Source: Escherichia phage vB_EcoS_FFH_1. From it: DNA of 64,000 nucleotides. The translations under genes were made by a program, and so were the position numbers. The stretch is from sequence record KJ190157; one strand, given 5' to 3'. Below the pieces are notes generated by a model. It saw only the letters and a list, made by a program, of their open reading frames with translations, was not told where the DNA came from and did no database searches. Positions 8,541 to 17,268 of the stretch are shown piece after piece (the first letter of the stretch is position 1; the number at the start of each line of letters is the position of its first letter).

Positions 8541-10415
8541 ATGAATCGTAATGAAGAACTAAAATATAAAGAAATGCAGGCGTTAATTAGAAACTGCAAA
8601 GAGATTATCGAAGGGTCAGCAGATGAAGAGCTGCTGTTTAATAATGCTAATAAACCCTCAGAACGTTTCCCTACACAAAGGGATATGCTTGCAGGTGAAT
8701 TGAGTAAGTATCTAATTCTAGAAGAAATGCCTATCCAGATTCGAAATGCTCATATGATTGGGGATATTCATTTCCACGATGCTGATTATGCTGCATTAGG
8801 CATGACTAACTGTTGTCTGGTAGCTTTGGAAGATATGTTGAAGAATGGTATGAAGGTTGGTAATGCTGAAATTAGCACTCCAAACTCTATCACTACTGCG
8901 GCGGCTATTACTGCTCAGATTATCACTCAGGTTAGCTCCCATCAGTATGGCGGTACTTCTGTAGATCGCCTTGATGAAGTATTAGCCCCTTATGTTCGTA
9001 AATCCTATGACAAAAATCATGCGTTTGCAAAACGTTGGACTAAGGATGAAGCCAAAGCATCAGTAATGGCTACGGAGATGACTGAAAAAGAAGTCTATGA
9101 CGCTTGTCAGGGTTTAGAATATGAAATCAATACCATGTTCAACTCTAATGGTCAGAGTCCATTTATTACCTTTGGTTTTGGTCTAGGAACTTCCTGGGAA
9201 GCACGTCTAGTACAGAAAGCAGTACTGAAAGTACGCATGGATGGTTTAGGTATCAATAAACGTACAGCTATCTTCCCGAAACTGGTATTTGTACTTCGCG
9301 ATGGCGTAAATATGAAACCAGGAGATGTTAATTATGACATCAAGAAGTTAGCTATGAAATGTACTGCTGAACGTATGTATCCAGATTATATCAGCTATGA
9401 CAAGGTTGTAGAAGTTACTGGAGACTATAAAGTTTCTATGGGCTGCCGTTCATTCCTAGCTGCTGCAGAAGATGGTGAAACTGCTGGCCGTAATAACTTA
9501 GGTGTTGTTTCTGTAAACTTGCCTAGAATTGCTATCGAAGCTGAAGGAAATATTGATCTATTCTTTGATTTGCTTGAGCTACGTGTGGATACAGCGTTAA
9601 AAGCATTGGAGTGGAGAGTTGATCGCTTAAAATACATCCAAGCTAAAGCTGCACCCATCCTCTATATGTCAGGAGCCTTTGGGTTACGCTTGGAGCCTGA
9701 TGAATATGTATTCGATCATTTCTATAACCGTGCTTCTGTATCTCTAGGGTATATTGGTTGCCATGAAATGCTACAGTTCATGTTCGGCAAAGATGTAGAC
9801 ACAATGTCAGAGACCTGCATCAAGTTTGTTCAGCGTGTATTGCAGTACATGCGAGATAGAGTCGATCAGAAGAAGGAAGAGACTAAGTTAGGTTATAGCC
9901 TGTATGCTACACCGTCAGAGTCCCTATGTGATAGGTTTTGCCGTTTAGACCGTGAATATTTCCCAGAGCATGAAGATATTCTGTCTAAAGGATACTACAC
10001 TAACTCGCACCACCTTGATGTAGAGCGTAAAGTTGCTCCTAACGTGAAATTTGATTATGAATCTAACTTTACGCCTATTGCTTCTGGTGGGTGCATTTCC
10101 TATGTAGAACTACCGGATATGAAACGATTCCCAGATGCACTGGAATGGGTTATTAATTATGCTGCTAGTAAGGTTCATTACTTCGGTATTAATACCCCAG
10201 TGGATTCTTGTGGTAAATGTGGATTCTTAGGTGAAACAATAGCATCCGAAGATGGATTCAAGTGCCCTATCTGTGGTAATCATGACCCCGAAACTCTTGA
10301 AGTAACTCGTCGAGTTTGTGGGTATCTTGGAAATCCAGGTGCTCGTCCGTTTAACCCAGGAAAACAACATGAGGTTATGGGCAGGGTGAAACATCAGGAT
10401 ATTCGAGCTAAGTAA
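8541..10415 (+). CDS. nrdD: anaerobic (class III) ribonucleotide reductase catalytic subunit
   Basis: C-terminal glycyl-radical motif RVCGYLG and Zn cluster CGKCGF...CPICG; consensus TTGACA-N17-TATAAT promoter and GGAGGG SD upstream. Confidence 0.9.
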   Translation: MNRNEELKYKEMQALIRNCKEIIEGSADEELLFNNANKPSERFPTQRDMLAGELSKYLILEEMPIQIRNAHMIGDIHFHDADYAALGMTNCCLVALEDMLKNGMKVGNAEISTPNSITTAAAITAQIITQVSSHQYGGTSVDRLDEVLAPYVRKSYDKNHAFAKRWTKDEAKASVMATEMTEKEVYDACQGLEYEINTMFNSNGQSPFITFGFGLGTSWEARLVQKAVLKVRMDGLGINKRTAIFPKLVFVLRDGVNMKPGDVNYDIKKLAMKCTAERMYPDYISYDKVVEVTGDYKVSMGCRSFLAAAEDGETAGRNNLGVVSVNLPRIAIEAEGNIDLFFDLLELRVDTALKALEWRVDRLKYIQAKAAPILYMSGAFGLRLEPDEYVFDHFYNRASVSLGYIGCHEMLQFMFGKDVDTMSETCIKFVQRVLQYMRDRVDQKKEETKLGYSLYATPSESLCDRFCRLDREYFPEHEDILSKGYYTNSHHLDVERKVAPNVKFDYESNFTPIASGGCISYVELPDMKRFPDALEWVINYAASKVHYFGINTPVDSCGKCGFLGETIASEDGFKCPICGNHDPETLEVTRRVCGYLGNPGARPFNPGKQHEVMGRVKHQDIRAK

Positions 10416-10422
10416 GCTAATC

Positions 10423-10456
10423 AGCCGGGTTGCTAGTCGACCTGGCTTTTATTTTA
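10423..10456 (+). terminator. putative intrinsic terminator after nrdD
   Basis: imperfect hairpin AGCCGGGTTGCTAGTCGACCTGGCT followed by TTTTATTTTATTT. Confidence 0.45.
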
Positions 10457-10457
10457 T

Positions 10458-10486
10458 TTGCTTTCAGCCAAAAATTTATATATAAT
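10458..10486 (+). promoter_or_regulatory. early promoter, PN25-like (TTGCTT-N17-TATAAT + ATAAATTTGAGGAGG)
   Basis: -35 10458-10463, -10 10481-10486; AT-rich upstream tract. Confidence 0.6.
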
Positions 10487-10515
10487 AGATTTATAAATTT
10501 GAGGAGGTAGGAATT

Positions 10516-10896
10516 ATGACTTTAAAACCGTATATAGTGGAGTCTACGTGTGGCAGTTTCCACCTGGGTGTGGATGATATTGCTGAGGCTGTCTTTGCTG
10601 CCACAGGTGATTACTCTCATATAGGGGGTGCTGGGTACCCCACCGTTATTGGCGATTGGGTGGAAACAAATCTAGATGTGTCGCCTTATAACCCGTATTG
10701 CTTGTTTGATGAAGACAGAGATGAGGTAAAGTGTAATCTTGAATTTGTGTATAATAGAGTATTAAAAGTATACCAACGTAGTCCCGAGGGGTACGGAGAT
10801 ATTACTTGTAGTATTAAACAGTATCTTAAAGATGTATACTCTAGTTTTTCTGACGAAGGCCTAGAAACAGTTGCAGTGGAGTTTAATAATGACTAA
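10516..10896 (+). CDS. hypothetical protein (126 aa)
   Basis: ORF preceded by PN25-like early promoter and GAGGAGG SD. Confidence 0.5.
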   Translation: MTLKPYIVESTCGSFHLGVDDIAEAVFAATGDYSHIGGAGYPTVIGDWVETNLDVSPYNPYCLFDEDRDEVKCNLEFVYNRVLKVYQRSPEGYGDITCSIKQYLKDVYSSFSDEGLETVAVEFNND

Positions 10897-11095
10897 GAAT
10901 GTGAAACACCTTAAATATCGCTTAATCTATAACGGACGTATGGAAACAGAAGATCTGGCCCAATTAGCTATTAATTCTAATGAGGTTATGGTGCGTGCGC
11001 TAGCAATTGAAAAGTTGCGTGCTTCTTATGAAAATCGTGTTATGGAACTAGAGGAGAAACTGTATGGACTTCTTGAATCAGAGTCTAAAAAGTAA
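10871..11095 (+). CDS. hypothetical protein (74 aa)
   Basis: ORF in operon context, overlaps neighbours by a few codons. Confidence 0.35.
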   Translation: MQWSLIMTKNVKHLKYRLIYNGRMETEDLAQLAINSNEVMVRALAIEKLRASYENRVMELEEKLYGLLESESKK

Positions 11096-11258
11096 TCCAG
11101 AAAACATGCTTATTGAGCAATGGAACTTTGGTTATAATGCCGGTATAGCTACTTGTATTGCTAGATTGGATATGCTTATTAAGCAAGAAAAGGTACGCCC
11201 GGAGGAAGCAATTTTACTCCGAAATATTATCGAAGGATTTAAGCAAGGAATCGTATAG
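11064..11258 (+). CDS. hypothetical protein (64 aa)
   Basis: ORF in operon context. Confidence 0.35.
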   Translation: MDFLNQSLKSNPENMLIEQWNFGYNAGIATCIARLDMLIKQEKVRPEEAILLRNIIEGFKQGIV

Positions 11259-12082
11259 TGCGTAGACTAATTATTATTAGCGGTGCGGGTTTGAGTGTTG
11301 AAAGTGGTGTACGAGCTTTTCGTACTGATACTGCTAGTGGTAAAGCATTGTGGGATGATTATAATCTAGAAGAAGTATGTAATATTCATGCCTTTCGTGG
11401 TAATTTTTATCATAAAACCCATATGTTTTACAACAAGCGACGTGAAGAGTTAGAAACTGTTGAACCTAACCTTGCGCATCTTCGTATTGGTGAGTGGTAT
11501 AAGAAATATCCGGGTCAAGTAGTAAATTTGACTACTAACATTGATGACCTTATTGAGCGTGCTGGTGTTCCACATAATGATATTCTCCACATTCATGGAT
11601 ACTTAAAGGAGGTTGTTGTAGCTGATAGCTACAATAGTAGTAATAAACGAATTATTGATGTTGGGTATAACTCTATTGACCCAGAGGATTATAAATGGGT
11701 TAAACCTAACGTTATCTTCTTTGGTGAGCATGCTCCAGCATATACAGAAATGTACAATGTTTTTGATGGTATTACCAGTCAAGATATGATCATTGTGGTT
11801 GGTTGCTCTAACCAAGTAATTAACTTCTACTGGGAATTATTTCCTGTTCTTAATTTGACTGCTGCCAAATTAATGGTAGTTAACTACTACGATAGTGCCC
11901 TAGCGGCAGAACCAGGCTATCAAGGTATGACTCGTAGTGAGATGTACCAGTTGGAAGATCGTGGTATTCCTTACTGGAGTAAAGGTGCGGTAGATGCTTT
12001 TAGTGACCCTGATTTTATTGCTCGTGTGGAAGCCCATTTAGAGGGTAGACCTTACGTGCCAGGGAAACAAATATGTCCATAA
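11258..12082 (+). CDS. Sir2-family (sirtuin-like) NAD-dependent enzyme, lacking the Zn-ribbon cysteines
   Basis: Sirtuin motifs in order: GAGLSVESGVRAFR, TTNIDDL, catalytic LHIHGYL, PNVIFFGEHAP, VVGCSNQV; no CxxC...CxxC; GTG start overlapping upstream stop. Confidence 0.75.
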   Translation: MRRLIIISGAGLSVESGVRAFRTDTASGKALWDDYNLEEVCNIHAFRGNFYHKTHMFYNKRREELETVEPNLAHLRIGEWYKKYPGQVVNLTTNIDDLIERAGVPHNDILHIHGYLKEVVVADSYNSSNKRIIDVGYNSIDPEDYKWVKPNVIFFGEHAPAYTEMYNVFDGITSQDMIIVVGCSNQVINFYWELFPVLNLTAAKLMVVNYYDSALAAEPGYQGMTRSEMYQLEDRGIPYWSKGAVDAFSDPDFIARVEAHLEGRPYVPGKQICP

Positions 12083-12255
12083 TTAAATCTGTGTATACAC
12101 ACCCTGATGATATATTTGTATGGGCGGACGGTAGTTGGTGCTATCGCTGTGAACTGTGGGAAATGGACTATAAATCCGATGACTATGGTGTCATATATGT
12201 TGATACGGCTGAGTATGATACGTTCTTAGAAAGGAACAAAAATGGAAATAAGTAA
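12073..12255 (+). CDS. hypothetical protein (60 aa)
   Basis: short ORF overlapping both neighbours; no motif. Confidence 0.3.
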   Translation: MSIIKSVYTHPDDIFVWADGSWCYRCELWEMDYKSDDYGVIYVDTAEYDTFLERNKNGNK

Positions 12256-12748
12256 TACTCCAATTATTTTTCTAGACATTGATGGGGTGCTCAATTCGAG
12301 CATCTCCCACCATCATGCACCTGATGATGAAAAGATTTTCTTTGGAAGTGACTGGGTTTTCAAACCGCTTCTCAAGGCTTTTCAGGACTTTATTCGTCCT
12401 TCTCCGATAATGATTGTTGGGGTATCCTCATGGTTCTCTGTCAGGAATGAGATGGAGAACGTTCAGATTATGACCGGATTAGGTCTTATCGATCGTTTTC
12501 TTGGTACAACGGATTTTACTGGTGGTGGGCTATCTAGGGGTAATTCTGTTCTTCGCTTCGTTGAAAAGCATAAGCTCAAACATTGGTGTGTACTGGATGA
12601 CGCTGGTGCTATGATGTATCAGTATCCAACGGTTATAGTCAATGGTAGAACTGGAATAAATCTTCAAGATTTAAAAGCTGTTAGCTATATGCTAGAATTT
12701 AGCCCAGATCTTGAAATGTGTAAATCCTTACAACAATTTAAGGTGTAA
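12242..12748 (+). CDS. HAD-superfamily hydrolase-like protein (putative phosphatase/nucleotidase)
   Basis: HAD motif I FLDIDGVLN near N-terminus and motif IV-like WCVLDD; 168 aa. Confidence 0.55.
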   Translation: MEISNTPIIFLDIDGVLNSSISHHHAPDDEKIFFGSDWVFKPLLKAFQDFIRPSPIMIVGVSSWFSVRNEMENVQIMTGLGLIDRFLGTTDFTGGGLSRGNSVLRFVEKHKLKHWCVLDDAGAMMYQYPTVIVNGRTGINLQDLKAVSYMLEFSPDLEMCKSLQQFKV

Positions 12749-12750
12749 AT

Positions 12751-13179
12751 ATGTTCAATAATGTATTCTCTAAAGAAGCTAACCCAATTTTGGTTAACTT
12801 TTGGCGTACTCTCCCAGCTAGCCTGTATAATGAGGCTATTAACTCTTTGAAAATATGGTGTGAGAATAACGAAATCTCCTTTGCTTTTAAAGATGATATT
12901 GATGAGGCTCCCTGTATTGTTTTAATTGTGCAGGTAGAGGAGGGTCTTGAAGAGATTGTGGGCTGGAAAGAGTTAGACGAAATGGGCTTAGTTTTTGCGT
13001 TAAATTATAAACTGTTTATGCCTGCTAAGCATCGCCTTGTTGTTAACTATAAAACTAGTGAATCTCCTGGTTTTCAGGTTAATGAACGTTATGGTTGGTC
13101 TTACTCACCGGAAGAAGTAAATGAGGGGATTCAGAAACTTCGACGTTTCGGGTATATGATCCCGGGTTTAACTGCTTAA
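12751..13179 (+). CDS. hypothetical protein, paralog A of tandem pair
   Basis: 142 aa; shares conserved blocks (SF.F...PCI, MGL..ALN..LF.P, L.R.G..PGL) with the next ORF. Confidence 0.5.
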   Translation: MFNNVFSKEANPILVNFWRTLPASLYNEAINSLKIWCENNEISFAFKDDIDEAPCIVLIVQVEEGLEEIVGWKELDEMGLVFALNYKLFMPAKHRLVVNYKTSESPGFQVNERYGWSYSPEEVNEGIQKLRRFGYMIPGLTA

Positions 13180-13188
13180 GGAGGCAGG

Positions 13189-13581
13189 ATGGAACAAGTA
13201 TATTGGCGTCAGATTGACCCTAGTTTGGTGAAACGTGCGGAGAAGCTGCTACAACGTTGGTTGGGGGTAAGGCAAGCCTCCTTCTCTTTTCCGGAGCAGC
13301 AAACGGATGATCCATGCATTGGCGTTTTCCTGTCTGGATATGCCGGGGAATGGGAGATGGATTGGAATGAATTGTCCGCTATGGGTTTAATTGTTGCCCT
13401 AAATTTCTCTTTGTTCCATCCACGTGGTTTGGCCATATGTCGTGTGCCTGATGACGGTTGTTCGCCCCATCTTTTACAGGTGGAAGATGATATTTGGGAG
13501 TACACTCCAGATATTCTCAAAGAAGCTAAAGAACAATTAAACCGTGTTGGGATTTATGTTCCAGGCCTAAATGATGAATGA
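13189..13581 (+). CDS. hypothetical protein, paralog B of tandem pair
   Basis: 130 aa; AGGAGG SD; homologous to 12751..13179; followed by intrinsic terminator. Confidence 0.5.
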   Translation: MEQVYWRQIDPSLVKRAEKLLQRWLGVRQASFSFPEQQTDDPCIGVFLSGYAGEWEMDWNELSAMGLIVALNFSLFHPRGLAICRVPDDGCSPHLLQVEDDIWEYTPDILKEAKEQLNRVGIYVPGLNDE

Positions 13582-13605
13582 TTTTTACTAGCTGAACTCT
13601 GATTA

Positions 13606-13628
13606 CCGAGTCAAAATGACTCGGTTTT
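13606..13628 (+). terminator. intrinsic terminator after paralog B
   Basis: CCGAGTCA-AAA-TGACTCGG 8-bp stem followed by TTTT. Confidence 0.65.
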
Positions 13629-13672
13629 ATCCGTACTCAAGACCAATGATAGCACCATCCGGAAAATTTTAC

Positions 13673-13701
13673 TTGCAGGATGCCCAAAATCTTGATATAA
13701 T
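13673..13701 (+). promoter_or_regulatory. strong sigma70-type promoter TTGCAG-N17-TATAAT with TGn extended -10, no ORF downstream
   Basis: -35 13673-13678, TGA 13693-13695, -10 13696-13701. Confidence 0.5.
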
Positions 13702-14193
13702 ATTTATATTGAGAGACATTAGTAAAAATTGATTTTGCTAATTTTTCTTGTTTACAATCCGCGATACGGAACAGTTAGGCTGCCCCATTAAGGGTTGTTT
13801 TAACTATTACTAGTGTTTATATTGCATTAGTTAATCTTCAATTAAGTGATCTGTGTACCCTGAATTCGGAAAGGTAAATCCAAACCGTGCATATTTAGCT
13901 CGTTATATAGGCAGAGCTTTATATGGGGGTGCGAACGAAAAGAGCAGCGAATGGCGGCACGTACAGTAGTCACCTACCAATAGGATAGTGAGGACAAATA
14001 GAATCGGCTTAGCGGCCAATGACCTAGGTTCTATTCTGTATATGAGCGAAGAGAGCACAGCACTGAGATATGATAACTTATTCATATTGTTTGATGATAA
14101 TTGATGTTTACGTAAATAGTAGTAATAGTTGTTCTATTCTTTCTGAATAGTCCTAAAGAAAAGATTTCTATTAATCAACACAGGAGTATTGTT

Positions 14194-16983
14194 GTGTTTT
14201 CTATCCTCCAAGGTCACGCCGGTTTTTCTCGTGATTTAGCAACAGGTATTTGGCGAGAAATCAAAGCGGAAGATTATACCTTTGCCAAACGATTCTCGAA
14301 AGAGCATCCAGAAGGTAAACCAGCTTCTATGCCCTTCAAATTTGATGTAATAGAAGAGCACGACCCACAAAGCCTTGCCGAAATGTTACCACTTATGAGA
14401 CGTTTAACGTCTGACCCTCATATCGTTGCGGTACGAGGTCGATGTCTTGCACCTAAAAATAATGTGCGACGTAAGAAAGGTAACTTTAATGTATCCAACC
14501 CTAGCAATATTATTGCTATGGACGTGGATGGTATCCTAGATACCGGTGGGTATGACAAGTTTAATCTTGTAGGTATGGCTCGCCACATTATTAAGATGTT
14601 GAATAGTATTAGTGAGGATATGTTTCCTCTTGATGCAGGGTTTATTGCTCATGCATCGTCTTCGGCTGGCCTAAAACCAGGTATCCGAATGCACTTAATG
14701 CTAGAATCTAACGTCAAGGTAACTCAAGGTCAGTTAAAGTTCTTATTTACGTCTATCAATGATAGTAGTAAGCAAAAATTCGGTTTTGATATTGCCGACT
14801 TAGCTTATTACTCATCTGTCCAGCTTCACTATTTTGCCGACCCTTTATTTAGCGATGGTATTGTTGATCCGTTTAAAGCGGAGAGTAAGCCACGTCTGGT
14901 ATATGTTAAAGGTTCGAAGGTAAATTTGCCCAATAATCTGGTTGACTATGAAACAACTAGAGGGGAATTTAAGGAAGAGTTTTATTCTTTACTTGATCAA
15001 ATTAAAGGCAAAAAGATTGCTTCTGATAAAGTAGAAGAAACCATCAGCGAATTGGAAGAAGCCGAGGATGGGGTGTACTTGCGTATTATCCCCAAACTCT
15101 ACCATAGAGCATTAGAGGATGGTGTTGATTTCGCATGGCTAGAACGCGAGATTAAACCCGCTTTATCTGAATATATTGCAACTAAAGATAACAGTCGTAA
15201 TATTCAAGATTACTTTAATAACGGTCGTAAGCAGGCTCTCAAAGCGTTTGTTAATAATTCTAAACGTGAGATCCCATTAAATCTGAAGGGTGTTCCACTC
15301 AAGAAATTAGAAGTGGATTCTCCACCAGAAGTTCCGTACCTGAAGATTAACATTGTGCCTCCAAAAGGCCATATAACATTTGTTAAGGCAAGTCTTGGTA
15401 CTGGTAAGACTACGGCAGTAACTAAATGGCTGGACGCAGGTGTTCTTCCTGGCAACTTTTTAGCAGTTACAAATACTAGAGCACTGGTATCTTCAAACGC
15501 TAAGAAATTTAGCGCAGGACAATATGATAAGTCTGTAGATATGCTCAACTTTAAACGTGGAGCTATTGATCGTATGTCTACAACTATCCACTCTTTGCAT
15601 AAGTTCAAAAGTTTTATTGGTCAAATAGATACCATTTTTATTGATGAATGTGATGCTGTAATGAATGATCTATTATTCGCACCTGTTGTTAAGCAACGTC
15701 GCGAATGTATTCAAGTTCTACGTGACATCCTCATGACAGCTAAAACTGTAATTCTATCAGATGGTGATATTAGTGCCGAAACTATTGAAGCATATGGTTC
15801 TCTAATTGATTTTGATAAACCAGTAGCATTTTATAATCATCACCGTAAGATGCTGTCAAAAGCTCATGCTTATGAGTTCCCGGATGAATCCAGTATTTGG
15901 GTTGCACTTCAGACCTCTCTAGAGATGGGTGAGAAATCTATCCTAGTATCTGATTGTGGGCCGGATGAACTGAATGAGAAGGGCATGGCATTGCGTCGTA
16001 ATACGGGTGCGCTAGTTAAGGAAATCCACTCAAACTCCACTTCAGATGTGGATATTAGACGTATTCTGGATTATACGACTAATGAGTTAATTGATCAACA
16101 AATTGACTGCTTATTATGTAGTCCATCCGTAACGAGTGGCGTTGATTTCAACTATTTTGATAACGTATTTGTTATTACTAGAACTAGTAATCAAGCGCCA
16201 AACATGCGTTTCCAAGCAATTAGGCGCGACCGTGGTGCTCAGAATATCTATTATTTTATTGATAAATCTACGAGTGGATTCTCCGCAGGTTCTGAACAAT
16301 ATAATATTGATGAGGGTTGGCTGGAGTTAGCACAGCAATTATACGCACGTCGCAGAGAGCTAGAATCTAGGAACTATACTAGTACTTTACGTTATTACTT
16401 GCTTGATCAGGGTGCAACTATTGATATTTTCAGTGAAAGTTGGGGAACTATTGAAGGTGCTGGTAAAGAGTACACAGAAGAGCGAATTAAAGCTATTCTA
16501 CATTCAACTCCTGATTATTGTGCTCCACGTCATGCGGATGCGTATGAAGCTAAACTACTTCTTGTCCGCTATTATCATCTTGAGTCTATTAAAGATGTAA
16601 CAGTTGAGCATGTTGAACAATATATCAAAGATAAACCGAATGATCGAGCTGCATTCTTCCATAAGATGCACGAGATGTTCTGGGAAGATATTAAGAAGTG
16701 TTCAAATGTGACCATTAAACCATTCATAGAGGCTCTGAAAGGTAAGAAGAAAGACTTCTTCCTTAAAACAGGTCAGAGTGCTAACCCAAAATATGCTAGA
16801 ATGTATCTTGGTATGATGGGTATTGGTAAGGATATGAACACTGAAAATATTGTAGACTGGTACAGAACCTATTGTAAAATCGAGTGTATGCCAATCCCAT
16901 ATAAGTTTATGACTGATGAGGAGAAACATATGCATGATGAAGCAATGGCAGAGCTAGGTGCTAGAAATGACAGTGAAGAATAA
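14194..16983 (+). CDS. large P-loop NTPase (929 aa), putative replication initiator / origin-binding helicase-like protein
   Basis: GTG start with AGGAG SD; central Walker A LGTGKTT and Walker B FIDECDAV; ~380-aa N-terminal domain of unknown fold. Confidence 0.55.
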   Translation: MFSILQGHAGFSRDLATGIWREIKAEDYTFAKRFSKEHPEGKPASMPFKFDVIEEHDPQSLAEMLPLMRRLTSDPHIVAVRGRCLAPKNNVRRKKGNFNVSNPSNIIAMDVDGILDTGGYDKFNLVGMARHIIKMLNSISEDMFPLDAGFIAHASSSAGLKPGIRMHLMLESNVKVTQGQLKFLFTSINDSSKQKFGFDIADLAYYSSVQLHYFADPLFSDGIVDPFKAESKPRLVYVKGSKVNLPNNLVDYETTRGEFKEEFYSLLDQIKGKKIASDKVEETISELEEAEDGVYLRIIPKLYHRALEDGVDFAWLEREIKPALSEYIATKDNSRNIQDYFNNGRKQALKAFVNNSKREIPLNLKGVPLKKLEVDSPPEVPYLKINIVPPKGHITFVKASLGTGKTTAVTKWLDAGVLPGNFLAVTNTRALVSSNAKKFSAGQYDKSVDMLNFKRGAIDRMSTTIHSLHKFKSFIGQIDTIFIDECDAVMNDLLFAPVVKQRRECIQVLRDILMTAKTVILSDGDISAETIEAYGSLIDFDKPVAFYNHHRKMLSKAHAYEFPDESSIWVALQTSLEMGEKSILVSDCGPDELNEKGMALRRNTGALVKEIHSNSTSDVDIRRILDYTTNELIDQQIDCLLCSPSVTSGVDFNYFDNVFVITRTSNQAPNMRFQAIRRDRGAQNIYYFIDKSTSGFSAGSEQYNIDEGWLELAQQLYARRRELESRNYTSTLRYYLLDQGATIDIFSESWGTIEGAGKEYTEERIKAILHSTPDYCAPRHADAYEAKLLLVRYYHLESIKDVTVEHVEQYIKDKPNDRAAFFHKMHEMFWEDIKKCSNVTIKPFIEALKGKKKDFFLKTGQSANPKYARMYLGMMGIGKDMNTENIVDWYRTYCKIECMPIPYKFMTDEEKHMHDEAMAELGARNDSEE

Positions 16984-17200
16984 AAAATGGGAAACAAGGA
17001 AGTTCCCAGTAAAAGAACGTAAAGTTCCTGTTTATGATACTTCGGAAAAGCTATGTAGGGTGGTACCGCATAGATTAGCTGGTATCCCTAACATATCCGA
17101 ATGGTTACTTAAACAACGGAAAACAAACGTGTCTCTTCGCATCGGCTTTGAGTTAGATAAAGTCTATGCTGAACTTGCTTCTTTGCTCAAGGAATCGTAA
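16958..17200 (+). CDS. hypothetical protein (80 aa)
   Basis: ORF overlapping the end of the 929-aa gene; no motif. Confidence 0.3.
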   Translation: MLEMTVKNKKWETRKFPVKERKVPVYDTSEKLCRVVPHRLAGIPNISEWLLKQRKTNVSLRIGFELDKVYAELASLLKES

Positions 17201-17208
17201 AAATTTAT

Positions 17209-17237
17209 TTGCATAGTTCAAAAAATTTCTGTATAAT
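17209..17237 (+). promoter_or_regulatory. early promoter nearly identical to T5 PN25 as remembered
   Basis: AAAATTTATTTGCAT...TTCTGTATAATAGATTCATAAATTTGAGAGAGGAGTT; -10 17232-17237. Confidence 0.7.
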
Positions 17238-17268
17238 AGATTCATAAATTTGAGAGAGGAGTTTAAAT

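Noticed and set aside
13903-14085. 60-aa minus-strand ORF in the ORF-free region.
   Set aside because: No SD or promoter on the minus strand, hydrophobic low-complexity product; region treated as non-coding.
13582-14193. Possible tRNA genes in the non-coding region (T5 carries a tRNA cluster).
   Set aside because: No T-loop signature (GTTCGAATC-like) or cloverleaf-compatible pairing found by eye; a tRNAscan-type search would be needed to exclude it formally.
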